32,000 nucleotides of DNA. It comes from Acaryochloris thomasi RCC1774 (GTDB lineage Bacteria; Cyanobacteriota; Cyanobacteriia; Thermosynechococcales; Thermosynechococcaceae). The notes beneath the pieces are model-generated. The model was not told the DNA's origin and made no database searches. It saw only the letters and a program-made list of their open reading frames with translations. The DNA lies in assembly GCF_003231495.1 (NCBI RefSeq), contig NZ_PQWO01000002.1, positions 529,164-561,163 of the forward strand. The letters run 5' to 3'. Every line of letters starts with the position of its first letter. The first letter of the stretch is position 1. The position numbers and the translations under genes are program-made. Shown here piece by piece: positions 1-7,139 of this stretch.

Positions 1-23
1 GAATTGTAAGAATCAAATTGAGA

Positions 24-56
24 AGCCCCCTGAATACGCATTCAGGGGGCTTTTTG
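24..56. terminator. GC-rich stem-loop plus T-run (intrinsic terminator, possibly bidirectional)
   Basis: The stem is perfect: GCCCCCTGAAT (25-35) pairs with ATTCAGGGGGC (40-50), extended by A24:T51, with the 4-nt loop ACGC. TTTTT follows at 51-55 on the + strand. The hairpin lies about 42 nt past the stop of the minus-strand ORF 98..367. It could also terminate a + strand gene left of the window. Confidence 0.6.
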
Positions 57-97
57 GTCTATGAAGACCCAGCAGCTAAGTAATTCTAAGTCGAAAC

Positions 98-367
98 TTA
101 ACGACTTACGATAATGGCAATACTAATCGGGATCCATGTCACGGCAGCGAAAGCAACGGCCTGCCACAGCTTCGTCTTCAGTGGAGTTGCTTCTGCCACA
201 GATCTTTCAGGATCGACCGCATAGTTATTGGTTAGACCCTCTTGGTCAACTGTAGAACCTGTCGCCTTGGGATCAGGGAAGCCATCCTTCGTGCGCTTAA
301 ATCGTGCTTCTACCTCAGCAGGAATCAAACCACCAGGAACGGAAAACTTTTCAGGATCAGAAGCCAT
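98..367 (-). CDS. Small single-pass membrane protein, possibly ssl1498/Psb34-type light-harvesting-like protein
   Basis: This is an 89-aa ORF with an ATG start. It has a soluble N-terminal part and one C-terminal TM helix (LWQAVAFAAVTWIPISIAIIV). The motif DQEGLTNNYAVDPE resembles the GGRLNNFAxEP motif I recall for ssl1498/Psb34-family proteins. The family assignment is from memory and has not been searched. Confidence 0.55.
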   Translation of the reverse strand: MASDPEKFSVPGGLIPAEVEARFKRTKDGFPDPKATGSTVDQEGLTNNYAVDPERSVAEATPLKTKLWQAVAFAAVTWIPISIAIIVSR

Positions 368-399
368 ATTGGATTTCTCATGTAATGATTTCTATGCTT

Positions 400-417
400 A
401 ATGTAACAAAATGTTGC
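400..417 (-). promoter_or_regulatory. HLR1-like direct repeat (candidate RpaB box) upstream of ORF 98..367
   Basis: The minus strand reads GCAACATT-TT-GTTACATT. Compared with the HLR1 consensus (G/T)TTACA(T/A)(T/A)-N2-(G/T)TTACA(T/A)(T/A), it matches 6/8 and 8/8. The site lies 33-50 nt upstream of the ATG, with a possible -10 (TAGAAA) just downstream. Extra TTACA copies occur at 381-385 and 438-442 on the minus strand. Confidence 0.3.
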
Positions 418-968
418 AAATTCTGCAATAGCTAGCATGTAATTGTTTTTTGTGCTATTAAATTTGGCCTGGATGGCCTGCTGTCAAAAGAGTTTCTCTG
501 TGCGAGGGGTTAGGTTCCTGTCTCGTTGATTACTGGAGCTTTCCTGTGCTTTGTGTCTGGAGGAAACGCTCACCCAGCGGAGCGAGGTGAAGATCGCACG
601 TCCAATAAGCCCCTCCACTGTCCCTGTGCGTTATTAAAGTCTTGGAATAGGGATGTCTTCGTTCCCCCTGTGCTCTCTGGTCTCTCGGGGCTACTCTATA
701 CTTCTGCAAGTGTTCCGAACTGAGGTGCGAATTCGCCTGATTTATCGCAGTACTCGGCTGAGTTAGGACAGTCTTTCTTTATCAGGCATAGCTTTCAACC
801 TCTTTAATGTCCTAATCAATACGCGTGCCGCTATATTAGCTGGTTGATCTGGATGGGTATCAGAGATCCTTCAATTCTTCACCCAAAAAATGGCATAACC
901 ACCCTCAATCTCTGCTGCGATTGAAGATGGTTAAGGATGTTAAAAAAGGCCGGAAGCCAATTTTAAAA

Positions 969-1056
969 CGGAGAGGAGAGGATTCGAACCTCCGGAACCC
1001 GCAAGGGCTCATCTGATTTCAAGTCAGACGCAATCGACCAACTCTGCCACCTCTCC
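969..1056 (-). tRNA. tRNA-Ser (anticodon UGA)
   Basis: The reverse complement reads GGAGAGGTGGCAGAGTTGGTCGATTGCGTCTGACTTGAAATCAGATGAGCCCTTGCGGGTTCCGGAGGTTCGAATCCTCTCCTCTCCG. It has a 7-bp acceptor stem (GGAGAGG/CCTCTCC) and an anticodon loop CT-TGA-AA. It also has a long variable arm typical of class II Ser tRNA, a GGTTCGAATCC T-arm and discriminator G. CCA is not encoded. Confidence 0.93.
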
Positions 1057-1194
1057 AAGTTGTGGGATATAACCCAACGAATATCTTAGCGTAAGCCGAC
1101 CGTAATCTATCGTGACGCACGTATTTATATTGTCCTGAGTCTTAAAGATATTGAGGCAGCGGTAGGATTAGGGGGCTGTGTTTGCTCAAGCGTT

Positions 1195-1632
1195 ATGTCA
1201 GATGCGTCTGCCGCCGAATCTAACCCCGAGCCTCGCCAGTCTGTGATTGTTGGCTTTGATCCTGGGCGCGAAAAGTGTGGGGTGGCGGTTATGGGGCTGA
1301 ATCGGACGCTATATCTGCATGAGGTTGTGCGGTCTGAAGTTGCGATCGCAACCCTTAACACCCTCTGCACCCAATACTCTGTTCCCTTGATTGTCTTGGG
1401 TAATCAAACCACCTCGAAAGAATGGCAACAGCGTCTAGAGTCACTTCCTCCAACGATTGTCCCCGTCGATGAGCGCTACAGCACCCTAGAAGCCCGCGAT
1501 CGCTACTGGCAAATGTATCCGCCTCGCGGTCTCTCGCGGCTGTGGCCTCAGGGGCTACGCACCCCGCCTCGCCCCATCGACGACCTCGTCGCTATTATTC
1601 TTATTGAGCGCTATCTAGAATCAGTACCCTAG
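1195..1632 (+). CDS. YqgF/RuvX-family nuclease (Holliday-junction-resolvase-like / pre-16S rRNA nuclease-like)
   Basis: This 145-aa ORF aligns by eye with E. coli YqgF. GFDPGREKCGVAV matches AFDFGTKSIGVAV, VDERYSTLEAR matches HDERLSTVEAR, and DDLVAIILIERYLE matches DSASAVIILESYFE. Confidence 0.7.
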   Translation: MSDASAAESNPEPRQSVIVGFDPGREKCGVAVMGLNRTLYLHEVVRSEVAIATLNTLCTQYSVPLIVLGNQTTSKEWQQRLESLPPTIVPVDERYSTLEARDRYWQMYPPRGLSRLWPQGLRTPPRPIDDLVAIILIERYLESVP

Positions 1633-1635
1633 GGC

Positions 1636-2937
1636 TTATGCAAGAGCTTGTAAAGCCGACGCCGCTGACTCTGCAGAATACCGATTAGCCGGATCAGGGG
1701 CCGTTAGCTGCCCAATGACTTGGGCCATCCCAGGGCTCAAATTTGGAATGTCAGCCACGGAAAGATGGGCCTCTTGATTGCCTAAACGATAGAAAGCATC
1801 TGGAGCCTGCTGGGTGAGTAGATAAACCATGATTGCCCCCAGCGAATATAGCGCCGATGCTGGAACTGGTTGCCCAGCCTGCTGCTCAGGAGCCGTGTAG
1901 GCTGCGGAACCTAGTTCGGCTCCGTCTGACAATGCCCCAAAGTTCACTAGTACAACCTGGCTCAAACCGTGGGGAATAGTGGGTTTGATTAAATTGGTGG
2001 GGTTCAGGCTCTGATGCAGTGCTAGAGAAGCTTGCTGGTGGAGGTAATTGAGTAAATGACAAATATCTATAGCCCACATTGCCACCTGCGTCTCTGGTAG
2101 AGGCCCCTGTCGCATTACCAGCTGCTTGAGGTTTTGGCCATAGATCATCTCACTCACCAAAAAAAACTTACCCTGCCATTCGAAGGCTTCATAGATTTTG
2201 GGCATGCCAGGGTGACTAATCTTGCAGAGCGCCTCTGCCTGTGCTCGTAGCGATTCAGTCTGAGTAGAACCCGATGATAGGCCCAGCGTTTTGAGCACCA
2301 CCACATGACCGGCTCGCCAAGCAATAAAGCTCTGCTCCTTCTGGCCTAAAGGCTTCAGCAACTGATAGTGGTCGATTGTTCTGAGCACATGTAGGGGCTG
2401 ACCGCAGTCAATGCACACTAGAGCATCGGTTTCTGCACGCTGGTGCTGACAGTTGGCAGGCTGATTCTCGCGCTGTGGATGGGGGGGCCAAGGGTGCTGG
2501 CCCAGTTCACGAAACTGAGCGCTGCTTTGCGACTCAGCAGGCGGTTGCAGGGGCGCGGCTGCAGCTGGCTGAGGAGAGGTTCCGTGAGTAGGGGATTCCG
2601 CCTGCGTTGGCCGAGAATCTAATCCCGCCGCATCAGAACCCATGAGCTGTACCTGAATATTGGGGCCTGAGCGAGCGAGCCGGATAATGCTACCGTCTGC
2701 AAGCGGGGCTTGGGTGACCCGTTGACCGTCTAGATAGGTCCCATTGGTTCCCAGGTTAACCACTTCCCATTGAGCGTTGCTCTGGCGTAGTTCGACGTGG
2801 TAGCGAGAGACCACTGCGCTGTAGAGTACGACATGATTTTCAACCGCACGGCCAATCTGGATCACCGAATCGTTTTCAAAGCTCCAGCTTTGCACAGGGG
2901 TTGATTGGACAGGATGTAGCAGGGTTAGTGTGATCAC
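1636..2937 (-). CDS. FHA domain protein fused to a degenerate Ser/Thr protein-kinase-like (pseudokinase) domain
   Basis: The ORF is 433 aa with a GTG start. The N-terminal FHA domain reads IGRAVENHVVLYSAVVSRYHVEL...NLGTNGTYLDG. A Cys/His cluster (CQH...CIDC) sits at aa 163-178. The C-terminal kinase fold retains VVLK, APE and SLG motifs. HRDLKPxN is replaced by HQSLNPTN (1993-2016) and DFG by NFG (1936-1944). Confidence 0.85.
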   Translation of the reverse strand: MITLTLLHPVQSTPVQSWSFENDSVIQIGRAVENHVVLYSAVVSRYHVELRQSNAQWEVVNLGTNGTYLDGQRVTQAPLADGSIIRLARSGPNIQVQLMGSDAAGLDSRPTQAESPTHGTSPQPAAAAPLQPPAESQSSAQFRELGQHPWPPHPQRENQPANCQHQRAETDALVCIDCGQPLHVLRTIDHYQLLKPLGQKEQSFIAWRAGHVVVLKTLGLSSGSTQTESLRAQAEALCKISHPGMPKIYEAFEWQGKFFLVSEMIYGQNLKQLVMRQGPLPETQVAMWAIDICHLLNYLHQQASLALHQSLNPTNLIKPTIPHGLSQVVLVNFGALSDGAELGSAAYTAPEQQAGQPVPASALYSLGAIMVYLLTQQAPDAFYRLGNQEAHLSVADIPNLSPGMAQVIGQLTAPDPANRYSAESAASALQALA

Positions 2938-2941
2938 GCCT

Positions 2942-3679
2942 TCAGTCCAGTTGGAATAAGAATGTTACTAAGTCTCCTTTACCGAGAGCAATGCGATCGC
3001 CAGATCGGAGTTGATGCTGATGCCGCGGTTTGAGTGGAATGCTATTGATATAGGTACCATTAGAACTCCCTACATCTTCAATGAAAAAGTGCCCACTTTC
3101 AATGTGTATATCGGCATGAATCCGCGAAACAACCTCTGAATGGGGAAATCCGGCCACATCAATGTCGGGTGGAATTTCCTGATTGGGCTTGCCAATGTGT
3201 AGTGGGCTAAGGTGCTCAGGCAGCTCAATAAAGGTATTGCTTTGCAGGTGCACGAGCCGAGCCGACTGTAGCTGTACCTGTGTTGTAAAGGGGGAATGGG
3301 TGGTGAAGGGAGAATGGACAGACCGTTCGGCGCTTAGACTCTCAACGGCTTGTGGAGCCACACTCAGCTCAGATTCTCTTTCTAGCTGTTTTTGAGTCTC
3401 TGGCCGTTCGGAGAACGAAGGCGAAGGCAGGACATAGGTGAGTGAATCGTCAGCCGTGAGTTGTGGGTTTGGGGGCAGAGGAACAGGAAGATCAGGTTCC
3501 TGTGAGGTCTCTGAGGTTTTGGGTGCTGAGGGGGCGGGTGCAAGATTATGGCCGCACTGGCCACAAAATTGAGCCTCCACCTGAACTGACACACCACAAT
3601 TCGGGCAGCTTTTCATAAAACGTTTAGGAACTGGGGTGAGCAACCAACAACATAAGCCTACTGAAGCTAGAGTACCCAT
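2942..3679 (-). CDS. Zinc-ribbon plus FHA domain protein
   Basis: The ORF is 245 aa. It has an N-terminal zinc ribbon (CPNCG...CGQCG), a Pro/Ser-rich linker and a C-terminal FHA domain (LHIGKP...VSRIHADIHIE...DVGSSNGTYINS). The start is uncertain: ATG at 3679, or ATG at 3616 (MKSCPNCG). Its stop is 4 nt from the start of the next FHA gene, so the two are probably co-transcribed. Confidence 0.85.
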   Translation of the reverse strand: MGTLASVGLCCWLLTPVPKRFMKSCPNCGVSVQVEAQFCGQCGHNLAPAPSAPKTSETSQEPDLPVPLPPNPQLTADDSLTYVLPSPSFSERPETQKQLERESELSVAPQAVESLSAERSVHSPFTTHSPFTTQVQLQSARLVHLQSNTFIELPEHLSPLHIGKPNQEIPPDIDVAGFPHSEVVSRIHADIHIESGHFFIEDVGSSNGTYINSIPLKPRHQHQLRSGDRIALGKGDLVTFLFQLD

Positions 3680-3776
3680 GATCCCTAAACTTCAGATCAA
3701 GTTATACCAGCTCACTGAAGTCCTCTGCCACACCCCTATATTTTCTGGAAGGGGAGAACGGATCTTTGAAGAAAGC

Positions 3777-4511
3777 CTATAGCGTTAGCTCTTGACCTGC
3801 CGACTGATCCAGCAGCCAGATAAGCTGCCCGTCTTGGGGCTGGACTAGGCGGGCTGGCCATTGAGAAGAATCAGCCTGTTCAGCAAAGATCTGCTGTAGA
3901 GCAGTGCGCTTGTTCTCTCCCGTTACGAGAAAAATAACGCAGCGAGCCCGGTTCAACATCGGAACCGTAAAGGTGATCCGAGGTTGACCGTCTTTATTGC
4001 CTACGGTGATGCTGCGATCGCAAACCTGCAGTGCCTCAGTATGCGGAAATAGAGACGCCGTGTGGCCGTCTGGCCCAATACCTAGCAAAACAACATCGAG
4101 CTGCGGAAACTGCCCTGGTTCACTTTTACTACCGAAAAAAGCATTGAGATGCTGCTCATGGGTTCGCGCCGCATCGGCCGGATCTGCCGCATCCGTTGCC
4201 ATAGGATGAATATTTTCCGCAGGAAGCGGCACGCGGTCGAGCCATGCTTTGCGAGCCATCCCCGCGTTGCTGTCGGCATGGTCAGCGGGGACATAGCGTT
4301 CATCGCCCCAAAAGATATGCACCTTAGACCAGGGCAGGTCTTTCTCGGCTAGCTGCTCATAGAGGGGCTTAGGCGTATTCCCGCCAGAGAGGGCAATGGT
4401 AAATCGGTCGCGCTGCGCGATCGCCTGCTGTGCCTCGGCCATCACGAGTTCTGCGGCTCGCTGTACCAACGTGGAAGCGTCTGCTAAGACTTCAATTTTA
4501 GGCTGAGTCAT
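3777..4511 (-). CDS. pgl: 6-phosphogluconolactonase
   Basis: The 244-aa ORF carries typical Pgl motifs: ALSGGNTPKPLYEQL, WGDERYVP and LLGIGPDGHTASLFP. Confidence 0.92.
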   Translation of the reverse strand: MTQPKIEVLADASTLVQRAAELVMAEAQQAIAQRDRFTIALSGGNTPKPLYEQLAEKDLPWSKVHIFWGDERYVPADHADSNAGMARKAWLDRVPLPAENIHPMATDAADPADAARTHEQHLNAFFGSKSEPGQFPQLDVVLLGIGPDGHTASLFPHTEALQVCDRSITVGNKDGQPRITFTVPMLNRARCVIFLVTGENKRTALQQIFAEQADSSQWPARLVQPQDGQLIWLLDQSAGQELTL

Positions 4512-6280
4512 GGGCGTCGAGTACTCCTAAATGTAGCAGGGGTTTTAGAGGCCTTCACCGTTAACACCTGCGGCGGTGTTGCATCGGGAGGATAGACCAG
4601 ATCAACATTTACTAACCGCTGTTCCTTGGGTTTGAGCGTCAATGTCACGAGGGCATCGCCCAGATGCCCGGCGGTTTGGACGACGTGGAAATACTGCCGC
4701 GTCGGGGTATTGTTGTCATCGTTGTAGCTGACGCGCACGGTCCCGCGAAAGAACACGTTGGGAGAAGGCGAACGCAAGAATCGCAGTCCTTTTTCAGCCT
4801 GATTGTCTTTAAGAGGCGTTTGTAGCAGAACCGTAACCGTTCTGGGTTCTGACGATGGGTTATAGAGGGGGAGTGATAGGTCATAATGGACCCCGTAGTT
4901 GCCGTGGGCAAGGTAGGCCGTATCAGGGTAGCGCACCAGCATCGGGGCGCTCTGAATCTGCGCTGTGCCAAAGGTGCCACGATTAAGCAAGCTCAGCCCA
5001 TAGGAAAAACCGCTGCCGGGCTCTGGAACCGTGAGCTGCTGGCTTTCAGCAGAATCTGTGAGTTGCGATCGCCACTTCGAACCGCGACTGACCCCCGCGA
5101 CTCGCCCATAAAAAAACTTGGGAGCCTGGCTGCTCAAAGGTGAAGGCTTGATATCTCTGGGTTCTAGTAGCTCTCCCTTGAGCAGGAGTGACTCCCAATC
5201 CTGTTTAGAAGGGATGCCTTCCCCACCATTGGGCCGAGCAGGCGCTTTCATCGCCAGACTGGCGACATAAACGGGGCCGCTTGCGTAGAGGCGGGCTAAG
5301 GTTGACCGCGTATTGGAAGATGGGAAGTCTGGTGGCGGGGTGTTGGGCGGTAGCGTCGTGAGTGACGTTGTGGTTAAGTTAACGGGCGGCTGAACGCGGG
5401 AGGGCCAAACGGGGTCATTATTGGCTGTTGTCCTCACCGGCACTGGAACCGGCAGATTTGCCAACATCTTGGATTGTCTGGGTTTTAAATAGATGCGAGA
5501 AGGCCAATGGGTTTGTCGTTGTCCTCGCAGTACCTGATCTGCTGTCCGACCACCGGGGCCTGAAAAAAGCCGACCGACATTATTGGGAGCAATGGGCGGT
5601 AGGTTGATGTAGGGCGCGTCAGGAGTTCCGAGGTAGCTTGCTGCCTGCATCACATTAATCGTGATGGTCTTAGATTGGCTGGGATTGTACAGCACAATAC
5701 CCTTGTAGAAAGTGGGTGTTTTGCGCGGGCGATCGGTTTTGACAATGTGGTGAGAGAAAATGTCAAACCGTCCCTGGAAAGGGAAGTTGAGGTGCGCTTT
5801 TGGATGGCGCTTGCCCTGAGGGGGGAAGGTCGACAGCAAGATGCCCGATTTGCGAATCACTTCTGGACTGTTGCTGTTGAACACCGGGACTGCATCCAGA
5901 CTCCCCGGTAGGGGTCTAACTTCTTGAGGATAAACCAGCTCTCGGAGGGTCGTAGGAAGTCTTTGGGGTGGAGCGACGGCAGACTGATTTTTTCCCTGCG
6001 TCGTTTGCGATTCTGGTCCTGTCGCATCTGCCACTGTTGTGGTGGTGAGGGGCCGCTCTTTTCTATTCTTTACCGGCGGCTGACTGTCTGAGTTGTCAAC
6101 GGCGGCGGCGATAGCAGCCTTATTCTGCGGCTCAGCCAGTAGAGGTGGCCCATTGGCAATGTCAAGATCAGAGGTGAGCGGATGGGATAAAAGCTGGGTC
6201 TCTGGGACCGGGGATTTCTCCGGCGGCGGTGCAGGGATTGACTGCTGTGCTAGGACAAAACTTGTCAACAGTGGAAGCAT
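4508..6280 (-). CDS. Conserved hypothetical secreted protein (possibly the cyanobacterial DUF3370 family)
   Basis: The ORF is 590 aa. It has a hydrophobic N-terminus (MLPLLTSFVLAQQ) and a Pro-rich low-complexity region, followed by a long beta-rich region. Its stop overlaps the pgl start in an ATGA arrangement (4508-4511). The DUF assignment is from memory only. Confidence 0.6.
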   Translation of the reverse strand: MLPLLTSFVLAQQSIPAPPPEKSPVPETQLLSHPLTSDLDIANGPPLLAEPQNKAAIAAAVDNSDSQPPVKNRKERPLTTTTVADATGPESQTTQGKNQSAVAPPQRLPTTLRELVYPQEVRPLPGSLDAVPVFNSNSPEVIRKSGILLSTFPPQGKRHPKAHLNFPFQGRFDIFSHHIVKTDRPRKTPTFYKGIVLYNPSQSKTITINVMQAASYLGTPDAPYINLPPIAPNNVGRLFSGPGGRTADQVLRGQRQTHWPSRIYLKPRQSKMLANLPVPVPVRTTANNDPVWPSRVQPPVNLTTTSLTTLPPNTPPPDFPSSNTRSTLARLYASGPVYVASLAMKAPARPNGGEGIPSKQDWESLLLKGELLEPRDIKPSPLSSQAPKFFYGRVAGVSRGSKWRSQLTDSAESQQLTVPEPGSGFSYGLSLLNRGTFGTAQIQSAPMLVRYPDTAYLAHGNYGVHYDLSLPLYNPSSEPRTVTVLLQTPLKDNQAEKGLRFLRSPSPNVFFRGTVRVSYNDDNNTPTRQYFHVVQTAGHLGDALVTLTLKPKEQRLVNVDLVYPPDATPPQVLTVKASKTPATFRSTRRP

Positions 6281-6503
6281 GTAGTGTTGCTCAAAACGCC
6301 AAAAATAGACCGGACAACCCCCCGCGCCGATTTAGGCGTCGCCATCCGTCATTATATCTGATGAATCTAGATGAAGGTATAGTGTTCCAGTCGATTTCGC
6401 GTCCTGCCTGATTCAGATGGAATGACGCTGTCAATATTGCTCTATATTCCTCTTCAAGACGTGAAAAAACTGAGCTTTGAGATTCTGTTGCTCTCCGGGA
6501 GGT

Positions 6504-7121
6504 CTAGGACCGCTTTTCTCCGCTGAGGATGAAGATGGGATCGACGGCGGCAAAAATTTGGTGGCGTCCTCGGGTCTCTAAGCGATTGATGACGGACTGA
6601 ACCACTTCGACGTTACAGGCCTGCAGCTCCGCAAAAATTTCGGAGATGGTGTAGAGATTCTCTAAGCTCGCGGCGGTGGCCACAACCCTACCCTGGGGCT
6701 GCAAATGGGTCCATACGGCTTCTATTATTTGACGAATGGGCCGTCCGCCTTCGATGCAGACGCGATGTGGGGCTTGGTTTAGTTGAGCGAGACATTCGGG
6801 GGCGCTGCCCTGAAGCACTTCGACGTTGTTGACGGCAAAGCGATCGCAATTCGTCTGAATCAGATTGACGACATCTTCGTCGCGTTCGATGGCGACAATC
6901 TGGCCCTGAGGACACAGGAGACCCGATTCAACGGGAATGGTTCCGGTTCCAGCGCCCACATCCCAAAGAATTGTGTCTGGCTCTAAACGAAGCTGAGAAA
7001 TAATTAGCAGTCGGGTTTCCCGCTTGGTCATCGGGATTCCAGGGAGCCGTTCAAAGAGTTCATCTGGAACGCCAGGACTGACGTAGGGCCAAACAGAGGA
7101 GGGCATGAAGGATTGAGTCAT
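6504..7121 (-). CDS. cbiT: Precorrin-6Y C5,15-methyltransferase (decarboxylating) subunit CbiT
   Basis: The 205-aa ORF has the N-terminal WPYVSPGVPDELFERLPGIPMTKRETRLL, the SAM-binding motif DVGAGTGTIPVE, and a C-terminus typical of cyanobacterial CbiT. Confidence 0.88.
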   Translation of the reverse strand: MTQSFMPSSVWPYVSPGVPDELFERLPGIPMTKRETRLLIISQLRLEPDTILWDVGAGTGTIPVESGLLCPQGQIVAIERDEDVVNLIQTNCDRFAVNNVEVLQGSAPECLAQLNQAPHRVCIEGGRPIRQIIEAVWTHLQPQGRVVATAASLENLYTISEIFAELQACNVEVVQSVINRLETRGRHQIFAAVDPIFILSGEKRS

Positions 7122-7139
7122 GAGTCGGTTTGTCTCAGT

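Noticed and set aside
556-575. GGAGGAAAC motif reminiscent of the RNase P RNA P4 region (GAGGAAAGTCC)
   Set aside because: The match does not extend beyond GAGGAAA. The complementary 3' P4 strand and other universally conserved RNase P elements are absent from the interval.
526-723. 65-aa ORF in the long intergenic region
   Set aside because: It has a TTG start, no ribosome-binding site, and a Cys/Pro/Ser-rich composition unlike neighbouring genes. I could recognise no motif. The region is kept as a possible ncRNA or regulatory interval instead.
942-964. Short GGCT-TCC-GGCC hairpin followed by TTTTTT on the minus strand as the tRNA-Ser terminator
   Set aside because: The stem is only 4 bp including a G:U pair, and the loop is 3 nt. 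This is too weak to call, although the T-run just after the tRNA 3' end is suggestive.
1125-1370. 81-aa minus-strand ORF overlapping the YqgF-like gene, and similar antisense or nested ORFs (for example 1886..2077, 3183..3395, 4645..4980, 6688..6915, 7546..7925, 21506..21838, 26842..27338)
   Set aside because: All lie inside longer ORFs that have clear family motifs on the other strand or frame. The nested ORFs have Arg/Ser/Pro-rich compositions typical of off-frame translation of GC-rich coding DNA.
3281-3316. Tandem 18-bp duplication encoding HSPFTTHSPFTT in the zinc-ribbon/FHA protein
   Set aside because: The duplication is real, but it is a trivial two-unit repeat within a disordered linker. 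No functional inference can be supported.
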